A stretch of 64,000 bases of DNA from Lachnospiraceae bacterium. Its GTDB lineage: Bacteria; Bacillota; Clostridia; Lachnospirales; Lachnospiraceae. The notes below the pieces were generated by a model. That model was not told the DNA's origin, searched no databases, and saw only the letters and a list, made by a program, of their open reading frames with translations. Where the stretch lies: the NCBI GenBank assembly GCA_045124315.1, contig JBGVLO010000009.1:5348-69347 (forward strand), given 5' to 3'. Of the stretch, positions 26,189 to 35,390 are shown in pieces (the stretch's first letter is position 1; each line of letters begins with the position of its first letter). The position numbers were made by a program, and so were the translations under genes.

Positions 26189-27253
26189 ATGAGTAGATTA
26201 GAAGAGTTATTAAAATGTATCCAACCAATCGATCAGGATATGTGTGAAATGTCAAGGGAGAAGTGGGATCAGGTAGGAAAGCCCCTGCGAAGTCTCGGAA
26301 AATTAGAAGATCTTGTAATCCAGCTTGCAGGTATAACCAGAGAACTCAATCCCAAAGTAGATAAGAAGGCAGTCCTTATCTTTTGTGCAGACAATGGAGT
26401 AGTAGAAGAGGGCGTTACACAGACAGGAAGTGAAGTGACTGCGATCGTATCGGAAAACTTTACAAAAGGAATTGCAACCATTAATTCCTTTGCGGGAGTT
26501 GCTGGTGCAAGAACCATTCCAATTGATATTGGTATCAATCGAGATATGTCTCATGTGAAAGGCATGGTACATAAAAAAGTAGCTCTTGGAACAAAAAATA
26601 TGGCAAAAGGACCGGCTATGACCCGCGAGCAGTGCGAAGAAGCAATTTTAGTTGGGATTGATACGGTTCGTGAATGTAAAGAAAAAGGCTATAATTTATT
26701 TGTTACCGGAGAGATGGGCATCGGAAATACTTCTACTTCCAGTGCAATGTTATCCGTATTAACCGGCGTCCCAGTTGCCCAAGTAACTGGAAAAGGGGCC
26801 GGTTTAACTTCTGACGGTATCAAACATAAAATTGAAATCTTAGAACAGGCAATTGAAGTAAACAAACCGAACAAAGACGACATTCTGGATGTTATGTGCA
26901 AATTGGGTGGTTTTGATATTTGCGGAATTGCAGGAGCGTTTCTGGGAGGGGCAATCTACCATGTTCCGGTTTTGATCGATGGATTTATTTCTGCCATTGG
27001 TGCGATCTGTGCCACAAAACTGGCTCCGAATTGTAAAGATTATATGTTTGCCTCTCATTGTTCCGCAGAACCAGCCGGCCAGCTGGCCTTAAAAACAATT
27101 GGAAAAGAAGCCTACATTCACGCAGGAATGTGTCTTGGAGAAGGAACCGGAGGACTGGTGGGCGCAAAATTGTTTGATTTTGCACTGGCTGCATACAATG
27201 AAGTTGCAGACTTTGAACATGCCGAATTTGGTCATTATGAATTATTGGAATAA
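26189..27253 (+). CDS. cobT: Nicotinate-nucleotide--dimethylbenzimidazole phosphoribosyltransferase
   Basis: 354 aa with GKLEDLVIQLAGI, FCADNGV and GEMGIGNTSTSSA motifs. Confidence 0.9.
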   Translation: MSRLEELLKCIQPIDQDMCEMSREKWDQVGKPLRSLGKLEDLVIQLAGITRELNPKVDKKAVLIFCADNGVVEEGVTQTGSEVTAIVSENFTKGIATINSFAGVAGARTIPIDIGINRDMSHVKGMVHKKVALGTKNMAKGPAMTREQCEEAILVGIDTVRECKEKGYNLFVTGEMGIGNTSTSSAMLSVLTGVPVAQVTGKGAGLTSDGIKHKIEILEQAIEVNKPNKDDILDVMCKLGGFDICGIAGAFLGGAIYHVPVLIDGFISAIGAICATKLAPNCKDYMFASHCSAEPAGQLALKTIGKEAYIHAGMCLGEGTGGLVGAKLFDFALAAYNEVADFEHAEFGHYELLE

Positions 27254-27254
27254 C

Positions 27255-27284
27255 GTTCCAGTTCACAGGTATGTGAACTGGAAC
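27255..27284. repeat. Palindromic intergenic repeat, copy 3 (GTTCCAGTTCACA-GGTA-TGTGAACTGGAAC)
   Basis: Perfect 13-nt arms with an A:T to C:G double change relative to copy 1. It starts 2 nt after the cobT stop. Confidence 0.85.
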
Positions 27285-27464
27285 TGATTTGGGCAATGCT
27301 GCGCATGGAAAATTGCCCAAATCTGCACACGGTAGATTTTCATACGGTATTTTCGGTACCGAAAATACCTACCTGTGAACAGTTACGGAATCACAACTGT
27401 CCCCTTTTCATAAAAAAAATTGCCCCTTTTCTAAGAGGACAATTTGTGTTACGATAACAACAAT

Positions 27465-27635
27465 AGATGTAAGTTATTTACAAATGTTGGGATATAACAT
27501 TTGCTATGTCGGAAACTGGTGCAAATCCAGTACGGTCACGCCACTGTAATAGGGAGCGACACAGAGGCCACTGAGAATAATCTTGGGAAGGTTGTGAAGC
27601 GTTGAACTTAAGTCAGGAGACGGATTTACATTTTG
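27465..27635 (+). promoter_or_regulatory. Cobalamin (B12) riboswitch 2
   Basis: CGGAAACTGGTGCAAATCCAGTACGGTCACGCCACTGT, GCCACTGAG...GGGAAGG and the B12 box AGTCAGGAGACGG. It is paralogous to riboswitch 1, including about 60 nt beyond the B12 box. Confidence 0.85.
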
Positions 27636-27737
27636 AGAATATTTCTGCGAACGACGGAGATCCTTGAAATATGCGAACGAAAAGAGAGTGATTCTATCTC
27701 TGCACAGATAGAATCTACTCTCTAAACAAACATATTT

Positions 27738-27766
27738 GAGGTTACTTTGCAGTAACCTCTTTTTTG
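27738..27766 (+). terminator. Intrinsic terminator downstream of riboswitch 2
   Basis: GAGGTTAC-tttgca-GTAACCTC followed by T6. Confidence 0.7.
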
Positions 27767-28028
27767 CTCTATAGGAAAGTTCGTCCTATAGAGCAAGTCC
27801 CTCATGAGCGAGGGATACAAGGAGTTGAAGTGGACTTGTCCACTTTGTTCTGTACCATTAAAATGTTCTACAATACCATGATACATGGGCCAACCTTTTC
27901 ATAAAAGCTTAAGGCTTAGGTTAATGGCACTGGTGCTTTCTTCAATGATTTTCAGCAGAAAAGAAAGGTGGTCTGGTAAATCTTAAGAATGAAAAGAACC
28001 AAAGAACGATTTTTTATAGAAAAGAGGT

Positions 28029-28271
28029 ATGTTTATGAACAAGAAACAAAAAAGAATCATAGGTCTGATAACTATATTAACTGCCGGTTTAGCGATCGCT
28101 CCGACAGCAAATGCCATGCACATTATGGAAGGATATTTGCCGGCTAAGTTTTGTGTGGCATGGGGAATCATCTGCATTCCGTTTTTACTAGCAGGTTTTC
28201 TGAAAATAAAGAAAATACTATCCGAAAATAGAAAATCCATTGCTTTCTTTCGCTATTTACCAGTTATGTAA
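28029..28271 (+). pseudogene. cbiM: Cobalt ECF transporter component CbiM, truncated after about 75 residues
   Basis: Signal peptide plus the MHIMEGYLPAKFCVAWG start typical of CbiM. The ORF ends after 80 aa and no cbiN/Q/O genes follow. Confidence 0.75.
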
Positions 28272-28331
28272 AAAATGGGAACAATGCGATCAATGAAGTT
28301 CGAGCAAGAATCGGAAAGATAGGGAGCAAAC

Positions 28332-28907
28332 ATGAAAATTTATTTTATCAGACATGGTAGAACACCGGGAAACAAGAAAAAACGATATGTTGGAAGAACC
28401 GATGAAAGTCTTTGTGAAGAGGAAGCCCTTCGATTAGCAAACAGTTGTTTTCCCAAGGTAGATAAAGTGTATACAAGCTCTATGAAACGATGTATCGAAA
28501 CGGCTCAAATCCTCTATCCGGACCAGGACCCAATAGTGGTCGATCATCTTCAGGAATGTGATTTCGGAGCCTTTGAATATAAGAATTACGAGGAACTCAA
28601 AGACGAAAAAGCATATCAAACCTTTTTAGAAACCATGGGGGAAAGTGGGTTTCCGGAAGGTGAAAAATTAGAAGATTTTAAGGAACGGTGCAGAAATGCT
28701 TTTCGGGCTGTACTAAAAGAAAGCAACCAAGAGAAGGCAGTCGCATTTGTGGTGCACGGTGGAACGATCATGGCAATCTTAGATGCCTTTTCCAGTCCAC
28801 ATAAAGATTATTATGATTGGCAGGTTGGCAATGGAGAAGGCTTCGTAGCCGATTTTTATGGGGAAGAAAATGGGGAATTTTTACTGAGACATATAGAACA
28901 TTTGTAA
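28332..28907 (+). CDS. cobC: Alpha-ribazole phosphatase (histidine phosphatase family)
   Basis: RHGRTPGN catalytic motif with a cob-locus context; 191 aa. Confidence 0.8.
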   Translation: MKIYFIRHGRTPGNKKKRYVGRTDESLCEEEALRLANSCFPKVDKVYTSSMKRCIETAQILYPDQDPIVVDHLQECDFGAFEYKNYEELKDEKAYQTFLETMGESGFPEGEKLEDFKERCRNAFRAVLKESNQEKAVAFVVHGGTIMAILDAFSSPHKDYYDWQVGNGEGFVADFYGEENGEFLLRHIEHL

Positions 28908-28984
28908 AAGTTGGTAAAAAAAGGTAATACTATTGCTTTTCATAATAAATATGACGAAATAATAGTAGTATAGGGGGGATTAGT

Positions 28985-31561
28985 ATGACGGCTTTTGAAC
29001 CGGTAAGATCAGGAATTGCGTCCATGGATCAGGAATTGAATTTCATTCGCTTAGGAGACAATGTTGTTTGGCAGGTAACAAATTTAGAGGAATTCTCTCT
29101 ATTTGTAAAGCCTTATGTACAGCAGGCAGTGGAGGACCATCGAAATATTATTTATATAAGATTTGCCTCCCACGAGCCGTTACTTTCTGAGGCAGATGGG
29201 GTACGTGTGATCTCGGTAGAATTAAGTCACAGGTTTGAAAATTTTGCCGTTGATATCCACAATATAATAGAAAAAGAAGGTTACAATGCTTTCTATGTAT
29301 TTGATTGCCTGTCTGAATTGCAGACTGCCTGGGCAACAGATGCCATGATGGGTAATTTTTTCCGAGTGACCTGTCCGTATTTATTCAAATTAGACACGGT
29401 AGCCTATTTTCCAATTATCAGAGGAAAACATTCCTTTCAGGCAATTGCAAAAATCCGAGATACCACACAACTTATGTTTGATGTGTACTCGGATCGTGGA
29501 AAGGTGTATGTGCGCCCGTTAAAAGTCTGGAATCGATACTCAGAGACTATGTTTCTGGCACATACCTATAACGAAAAAACAGGGGAATTCCGACCTTTGT
29601 TAGACGGGGTTGAGGTGAGTCATTTCTATCAATTGATGAATGACCAGAAAGCCTCCGAAAGTGACCAGAATATAGATAGCTGGGAGCGATATTTTAACCT
29701 GACAAAGTTAATGTACGAACAGGGCATGGACGTGAAAGAGAACTGTGATCGGATTTGTAATATTATGATGTCCCGTGATGAAAAAATGCGCGCTCTGATT
29801 AAGGAAAATTTCACTCCAAAGGATTACTTTCTTGTAAAGTCCAGAATGATCGGAACCGGATTGATCGGCGGAAAAGCCTGTGGAATGCTTTTGGCCAGAA
29901 AATTAATTGAGAACCATCGTCCGGATTTATTTGAACATATTGAACCACATGACTCTTATTACATTGGTTCTGATGTGTTTTATTCATACATTGTACACAA
30001 TGATTTTTGGGATTTACGGGTAAGGCAAAGACGGCCTGAAGAATATTTCTCCTTAGCAGAAGAATGTCAGAAGCGCATTATGGAAGGTACATTTTCTGTG
30101 AACCAGAAAGAACAGTTTATCCGAATGCTGGAATATTATGGTTCTTCACCGATTATTGTGCGATCCAGCAGCATTCTGGAAGATGGATTTGGCAATGCAT
30201 TTGCAGGAAAATACGATTCGGTATTTTGCTCGAATCAGGGAACTTTGGAAAAACGTTTGGAAGATTTGGAAAATGCCATTCGAACCGTGTATGCAAGTAC
30301 CATGGGCACGTCTGTGTTGGATTATCGTCTTCGACGGGGATTACAGGGACGGGATGAACAAATGTCCCTGTTGATCATGCGTGTATCCGGTTCCCAATAT
30401 GATGGATTTTTTATGCCATGTGCCGCTGGTGTGGGGTACTCTTATAGTCCATACAAATTTATGAAAGATTTGGATTCCAAAGAAGGAATGCTACGTCTGG
30501 TTATGGGACTTGGAACCGGGGCAGTGGATCGAACCCAGGGCTCTTACCCGAGACTGGTCAGCATGGACAAACCAGAAGCAACTTCTCATACTACCTCCAA
30601 AGAAAAACATCAATTTTCCCAATCCCTTGTGGATGTAATTGATTTTGCCAAAGGAGATGTTGCACACTATCCATATGATAAAGTAGTGGCACAGTTGCCG
30701 AGATATCTGAAAAACGTGTTGTTAGAGCATGACTATGAAACAGAACGAATGTTTCTGGATCGTGGGCAGAGAAGGGAAGTTCTGTTTGTATCCTGTCTTG
30801 GATTAGTTAAGAAGAAAGAACTGATGGATATGATGAAAGATATCCTCGCTTTGATTCAAGACGCATATGAGTATCCGGTAGATATTGAATACACCATTAA
30901 TATAACAGAAAATGGAGATTTCGTGGTAAATTTACTCCAATGCAGGCCACTTCATATTGCAAAGGACAAAGAAAATATATCTATGCCGGAACAGTTGGAG
31001 CCAGACAGTATTTTTCTACAGTGTAAAGGTGCCTCCATGGGGCTTTCCTGTGCTACGAAGCTAGATTTTGTAGTAATGGTGGATCCCGTTCCATATTATG
31101 AGATGGAGTACAAAGACAAATATCTGGTTGCCAAGGCACTTGGAGAAATCAATTGGGCCTTTCGTGAAAAAGGAAAACACATGATTCTGCTGGTTCCGGG
31201 ACGAATCTGCACATCCTCACCGGAACTTGGGGTGCCTACTGCATTTGCAGATATCAGCGAATTTGATGCTATTTTGGAAGTGTCGGAAACCCGAGCCGGT
31301 TATATGCCGGAATTATCCTATGGAAGCCACATTTTTCAGGATTTGGTGGAGGCAGAGATTCTATATGGAGCAGTATTTGACAATGAAAAGACCCTTGTAT
31401 TTTCGCCTGATTTTTTTGAAGCATTGCCAAACGACCTAAAGACCTATGCACCAAAATCTGCAGAGCTGGAGGAGATTGTGAAAATATGGGATGTCCGAGA
31501 ACAAAACATAGTAATGTATCATGATATGAAAGAGGAAATGCTACTGATTCAAAGTGAATAA
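28985..31561 (+). CDS. PEP/pyruvate-binding (PPDK N-terminal-like ATP-grasp) domain protein with an N-terminal degenerate RecA/KaiC-like domain
   Basis: 858 aa. The central and C-terminal regions (GGKACGMLLARK..., SSSILEDGFGNAFAGKYDS, LLQCRPL) fit the pyruvate phosphate dikinase PEP/pyruvate-binding family. No phosphohistidine swivel or PEP-utilising C-terminal domain was recognised. Confidence 0.7.
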   Translation: MTAFEPVRSGIASMDQELNFIRLGDNVVWQVTNLEEFSLFVKPYVQQAVEDHRNIIYIRFASHEPLLSEADGVRVISVELSHRFENFAVDIHNIIEKEGYNAFYVFDCLSELQTAWATDAMMGNFFRVTCPYLFKLDTVAYFPIIRGKHSFQAIAKIRDTTQLMFDVYSDRGKVYVRPLKVWNRYSETMFLAHTYNEKTGEFRPLLDGVEVSHFYQLMNDQKASESDQNIDSWERYFNLTKLMYEQGMDVKENCDRICNIMMSRDEKMRALIKENFTPKDYFLVKSRMIGTGLIGGKACGMLLARKLIENHRPDLFEHIEPHDSYYIGSDVFYSYIVHNDFWDLRVRQRRPEEYFSLAEECQKRIMEGTFSVNQKEQFIRMLEYYGSSPIIVRSSSILEDGFGNAFAGKYDSVFCSNQGTLEKRLEDLENAIRTVYASTMGTSVLDYRLRRGLQGRDEQMSLLIMRVSGSQYDGFFMPCAAGVGYSYSPYKFMKDLDSKEGMLRLVMGLGTGAVDRTQGSYPRLVSMDKPEATSHTTSKEKHQFSQSLVDVIDFAKGDVAHYPYDKVVAQLPRYLKNVLLEHDYETERMFLDRGQRREVLFVSCLGLVKKKELMDMMKDILALIQDAYEYPVDIEYTINITENGDFVVNLLQCRPLHIAKDKENISMPEQLEPDSIFLQCKGASMGLSCATKLDFVVMVDPVPYYEMEYKDKYLVAKALGEINWAFREKGKHMILLVPGRICTSSPELGVPTAFADISEFDAILEVSETRAGYMPELSYGSHIFQDLVEAEILYGAVFDNEKTLVFSPDFFEALPNDLKTYAPKSAELEEIVKIWDVREQNIVMYHDMKEEMLLIQSE

Positions 31562-31583
31562 CGATCTATTTTTTTATATAAAA

Positions 31584-31630
31584 TTAGGGTGTCAACAGGC
31601 AATTTACAAAATGGCCTGTTGACACCCTAA
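31584..31630. terminator. Perfect 17-bp hairpin after the PEP-binding gene
   Basis: TTAGGGTGTCAACAGGC-loop-GCCTGTTGACACCCTAA. The weak T-run lowers confidence. Confidence 0.5.
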
Positions 31631-31919
31631 TCTATATAAGAAAATTCGTCTCCTATATGCAATATCGCAATTGCGCTAGAATTTCTCAACTCAACCTTTT
31701 TATATAAGTTCAAGGCTTAAATAGAAACTATCATTATAAGATAAACTTATAGCCAGTTCTAATTTAAAGAAATTAGACAAAACAAAAACAATTGTGTATG
31801 ATATACCTATAAAACCTACCAAAACACTGGTACAAAAAATGGTAGGACAGGATTTAGAAAAACATGAACAGGTATATATCATTCGTTCTGAAACGAACAC
31901 AATTAAGGAGGAAACGATT

Positions 31920-33200
31920 ATGAGCAATTACAGATTTGAAACACTACAGTTACACGTAGGACAGGAACAGGCAGACCCAACAACAGATTCAAGAGCAGTA
32001 CCTATTTATCAGACTACATCTTATGTATTCCACAATTCCCAGCATGCAGCTGACCGATTTGGTCTTGCAGATCCTGGTAACATTTATGGAAGACTTACCA
32101 ATTCCACACAGGATGTATTAGAAAAAAGAGTAGCAGCCTTAGAAGGTGGTGTAGCAGCCCTGGCAGTGGCTTCCGGTGCAGCAGCTATCACTTATGCCAT
32201 CGAAGCCCTTGCCGGAAGTGGGGACCACGTAGTAGCACAAAAGACAATCTATGGAGGTTCTTACAACTTACTTGCACACACATTAAAGCAATATGGAATT
32301 GAAACTACATTTGTTGATATTCATAACTTGGAAGAAGTAAAAGCAGCCATCAAACCAAATACAAAGCTGGTATTTTTAGAGACACTTGGCAATCCAAATT
32401 CAGACATCCCGGATATTGATGCAGTAGCAGAGATCGCCCATGAAGCAGGACTTCCTGTAGTGATTGACAATACCTTTGGTACACCATATCTTATCCGCCC
32501 AATTGAGCATGGTGCCGATGTAGTAGTACATTCTGCAACCAAGTTCCTTGGAGGACACGGAACTTCACTAGGTGGAATTATTGTAGATTCTGGTAAATTT
32601 GACTGGAAAAAGAGTGGTAACTATCCACAGATTGCAGATGCCAACCCAAGTTATCATGGAATATCTTTCGCAGATGCAGTGGGAGAAGCAGCTTATGTAA
32701 CCTACATCAGAGCAATCCTTCTTCGGGATACAGGAGCTACCATTTCTCCATTTAATGCATTTTTACTTTTACAGGGCGTGGAAACCTTATCACTTCGTCT
32801 TGACAGACATGCAGAAAATACAAAGAAAGTAGTAGAATACCTGGCAAATCATCCGAAGGTTGCACATGTAAATCATCCATCACTGGAGGATCACCCAGAC
32901 CATGCATTATATCAAAAATATTTCCCTAACGGTGGAGGAAGTATCTTTACATTTGACATAAAAGGAGGAAAGGAAGAGGCTTGGAAGTTTATTGATAACC
33001 TTGAAATCTTCTCACTACTTGCAAATGTTGCAGATGTAAAGAGTCTTGCAATCCACCCTGCTACAACCACACACTCTCAGCTTACCGATGAGGAACTGGC
33101 TGATCAGGGAATTAAGCAGAGTACCATTCGTCTTTCCATTGGAACAGAGCATATTGATGATATTATCGCTGACTTAGAGAAAGGCTTTGCAAGTATCTAA
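31920..33200 (+). CDS. metY: O-acetylhomoserine sulfhydrylase (PLP-dependent Cys/Met metabolism family)
   Basis: MSNYRFETLQLHVGQ...AVPIYQTTSYVF start and PLP lysine context HSATKFLGGHG. RBS AAGGAGG lies before the ATG at 31920. Confidence 0.9.
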   Translation: MSNYRFETLQLHVGQEQADPTTDSRAVPIYQTTSYVFHNSQHAADRFGLADPGNIYGRLTNSTQDVLEKRVAALEGGVAALAVASGAAAITYAIEALAGSGDHVVAQKTIYGGSYNLLAHTLKQYGIETTFVDIHNLEEVKAAIKPNTKLVFLETLGNPNSDIPDIDAVAEIAHEAGLPVVIDNTFGTPYLIRPIEHGADVVVHSATKFLGGHGTSLGGIIVDSGKFDWKKSGNYPQIADANPSYHGISFADAVGEAAYVTYIRAILLRDTGATISPFNAFLLLQGVETLSLRLDRHAENTKKVVEYLANHPKVAHVNHPSLEDHPDHALYQKYFPNGGGSIFTFDIKGGKEEAWKFIDNLEIFSLLANVADVKSLAIHPATTTHSQLTDEELADQGIKQSTIRLSIGTEHIDDIIADLEKGFASI

Positions 33201-33262
33201 ATTAGGTAAAATTTGACTTTATAATATATTGTTTCGTTACAACTTATGTGATAAATTTCTCT

Positions 33263-33295
33263 GAAAGCCTTGTTTTTTCAAGGCTTTCTTTTTTT
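33263..33295 (+). terminator. Intrinsic terminator
   Basis: GAAAGCCTTG-loop-CAAGGCTTTC followed by T7. Confidence 0.8.
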
Positions 33296-33429
33296 CAACA
33301 GAAGCAAAGATTTGCATATCCGCATATTTTCTCATCATTTCATGAACCCATTGTAAACTTACTACAGTATAATAGTGAAAGGCCTTTTCACTAAGGAAAG
33401 AAACATATATACAATTGAGGAGGAGCAGA

Positions 33430-33981
33430 ATGCAAAATGAAATTCTAATTCGGTTGGTACAAGAGTACCAACAGGATATTTATCGTTTTTGTCTGCAACT
33501 TACCCAGAACAAGATAGAAGCAGAAGATTTATTTCAAGATGCGTTTTTAAAAGCAGTTCAGCTGCGCCACAAGCTGGACGATGGTGGCATACAATCGCAG
33601 GAGATCATGCGAAAAAATCGAAACTATGTAATGGGAATAGCAGCAAATTTGTGGAAAAATAAATATCGGGTAGAACAAAGAAGAAAACAACTGATACCAC
33701 AATGTTCTTATGAAGAACAATTGACTGAACCAAGATCGGAAGAAAATTTAGAAAAGGACATTATTAAACAGAAAGCCATTGCCTGTATGCGAAGCTTAGA
33801 AGCGCAATTACCAAAAAAGTATCAGATTGTCATTTCCATGTTTTACACAGCCCAAATGAGCGTGGAAGAAATCGCCCATGTATTACATATTCCCAAAGGA
33901 ACTGTAAAAAGTAGACTGCACAATGCAAGAAATCAACTAAGAAATGGAATGGAGGCTGAGGGTTATGAAATTGAATTTTGA
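33430..33981 (+). CDS. ECF-type RNA polymerase sigma factor (pair 1)
   Basis: Region 2 (EDLFQDAFLKAV) and region 4 (MSVEEIAHVLHIPKGTVKSRLHNARNQL). RBS GAGGAGG lies before the ATG at 33430. Confidence 0.85.
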   Translation: MQNEILIRLVQEYQQDIYRFCLQLTQNKIEAEDLFQDAFLKAVQLRHKLDDGGIQSQEIMRKNRNYVMGIAANLWKNKYRVEQRRKQLIPQCSYEEQLTEPRSEENLEKDIIKQKAIACMRSLEAQLPKKYQIVISMFYTAQMSVEEIAHVLHIPKGTVKSRLHNARNQLRNGMEAEGYEIEF

Positions 33982-35212
33982 GGAATTAGCAAAGGAGAGC
34001 TTTGAGCGAAGGGAAAGTTTAGATCCCAAACATTCTGCTGCAGTCATACAAAACTTGGAGGAAACGACTATGAGAAAAGTAGGAATAAGAGGAAAAATAG
34101 TTAAGGCTGCTATAATTGCTGTAGGAATAACTATGACAATTGGTACAGGAGTGTATGCCAGCAGTAGTTTATGGCATCCTTTTGTAGCAGAAAGATTCGG
34201 CATTTCCAGTGATATGGATGCACAGAAGGAATTAGTGGATGATGGTTTTGTCTCCGTACCAGAAGAAACGGATAAAGATGCCCTCGTATCCACTGTGGAA
34301 GATAAAGGCATAAAGCTTGAATTATTGCAAACAGTGGCAGGACATGAACGGGCGCAGGTATATATTCAGGCAACATTTGATGAAGAATATAAGATTATTG
34401 ATGATGAAGTAAATGAAATAGTGGGAGAACGATTGTGTACCGTGCTCATTGACAGTTCCAGTGATCAGACATACATATTGGGAGCTCCAGAGGAAAAACT
34501 ACAAGCCATCGGGCAGGTGGATGAGATCGTGGATGATCACACTTTGATTTTTAAATATGATATTGAAAAAGATTTAAAGGACAGCACGGTATGTATTGGT
34601 ATTCGAAAATTTCTTGACTGTTCCAACCTTGACACAAATAATCCAGCAACTACACTTGTAGAAGGAAACTGGGATTTGGTATTTCAGCCATCTGTTGGGG
34701 AAAGTACAGGTGTCTATAAACTAAATCAAAAAGTGAATTTTACAGATAAAAACGGAAAACACGTGGTGACTCTGGAGCGTTTAGAGGCAACTCCTACCTC
34801 AGTTCGCTTATATATTAAATATAATAAAGGTTGGAAATATGTATATCGACATGTAGATACACTTTTCCAATTGGACAAGAAAGGAGAGCGAATGTTAGAT
34901 AAAGCAGGCGACCCAATTATTTTTGGTATGTATGATCCTTGGAGTAATGATATGGATCCATACCGAGATAGAAAGGATTTGGAGTATTGCTATGCTGCCA
35001 ATATGGACCTTTATGTGGGTGACAAGAAGGTGGAATATTGCGGTCAGGGAGGAGAGACTCTCTATGATGAAAATGATCCTGAAAGAAAGTATGGATATGT
35101 AAATGAAGGATGTATGTTGGGTACAGATTATAGTAAACTGACTAAGATGACATTTGGTGGGCGTGAATTTGACTTATCCCAATGTGAATATGAGGAAATA
35201 TTAGTACCATAA
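33965..35212 (+). CDS. Single-pass membrane protein, putative anti-sigma factor (DUF4179-like ectodomain)
   Basis: Overlaps the sigma gene stop. It has a short cytoplasmic N-terminus, one TM (IVKAAIIAVGITMTIGTGVYA) and a large extracytoplasmic domain. Confidence 0.6.
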   Translation: MKLNFEELAKESFERRESLDPKHSAAVIQNLEETTMRKVGIRGKIVKAAIIAVGITMTIGTGVYASSSLWHPFVAERFGISSDMDAQKELVDDGFVSVPEETDKDALVSTVEDKGIKLELLQTVAGHERAQVYIQATFDEEYKIIDDEVNEIVGERLCTVLIDSSSDQTYILGAPEEKLQAIGQVDEIVDDHTLIFKYDIEKDLKDSTVCIGIRKFLDCSNLDTNNPATTLVEGNWDLVFQPSVGESTGVYKLNQKVNFTDKNGKHVVTLERLEATPTSVRLYIKYNKGWKYVYRHVDTLFQLDKKGERMLDKAGDPIIFGMYDPWSNDMDPYRDRKDLEYCYAANMDLYVGDKKVEYCGQGGETLYDENDPERKYGYVNEGCMLGTDYSKLTKMTFGGREFDLSQCEYEEILVP

Positions 35213-35224
35213 GACAGTACAGGA

Positions 35225-35266
35225 AAATAGAGATATTCGGTTTCATTTCGAATATCTCTATTTTTG
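35225..35266 (+). terminator. Intrinsic terminator
   Basis: AAATAGAGATATTCG-loop-CGAATATCTCTATTT followed by a T-run. Confidence 0.75.
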
Positions 35267-35390
35267 TACACTTAGATATTCCATTGCAACCAATTGGATT
35301 AATTTGTTGTCTTATTAAGTGTAGGACGATAAAATATGTAACTACAAGATATAGGGCCCTATTCGATTAGAAGGGAGGAGGATACATAAA

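Noticed and set aside
31630-31919. Possible SAM riboswitch or Met T-box in the 290-nt leader of metY
   Set aside because: I could not find S-box blocks, a T-box sequence (…GGGTGGTACCGCG-like) or a specifier-loop arrangement. Only two small hairpins are present (CCTACCA…TGGTAGG and TTCGTT…AACGAA). This is left unassigned.
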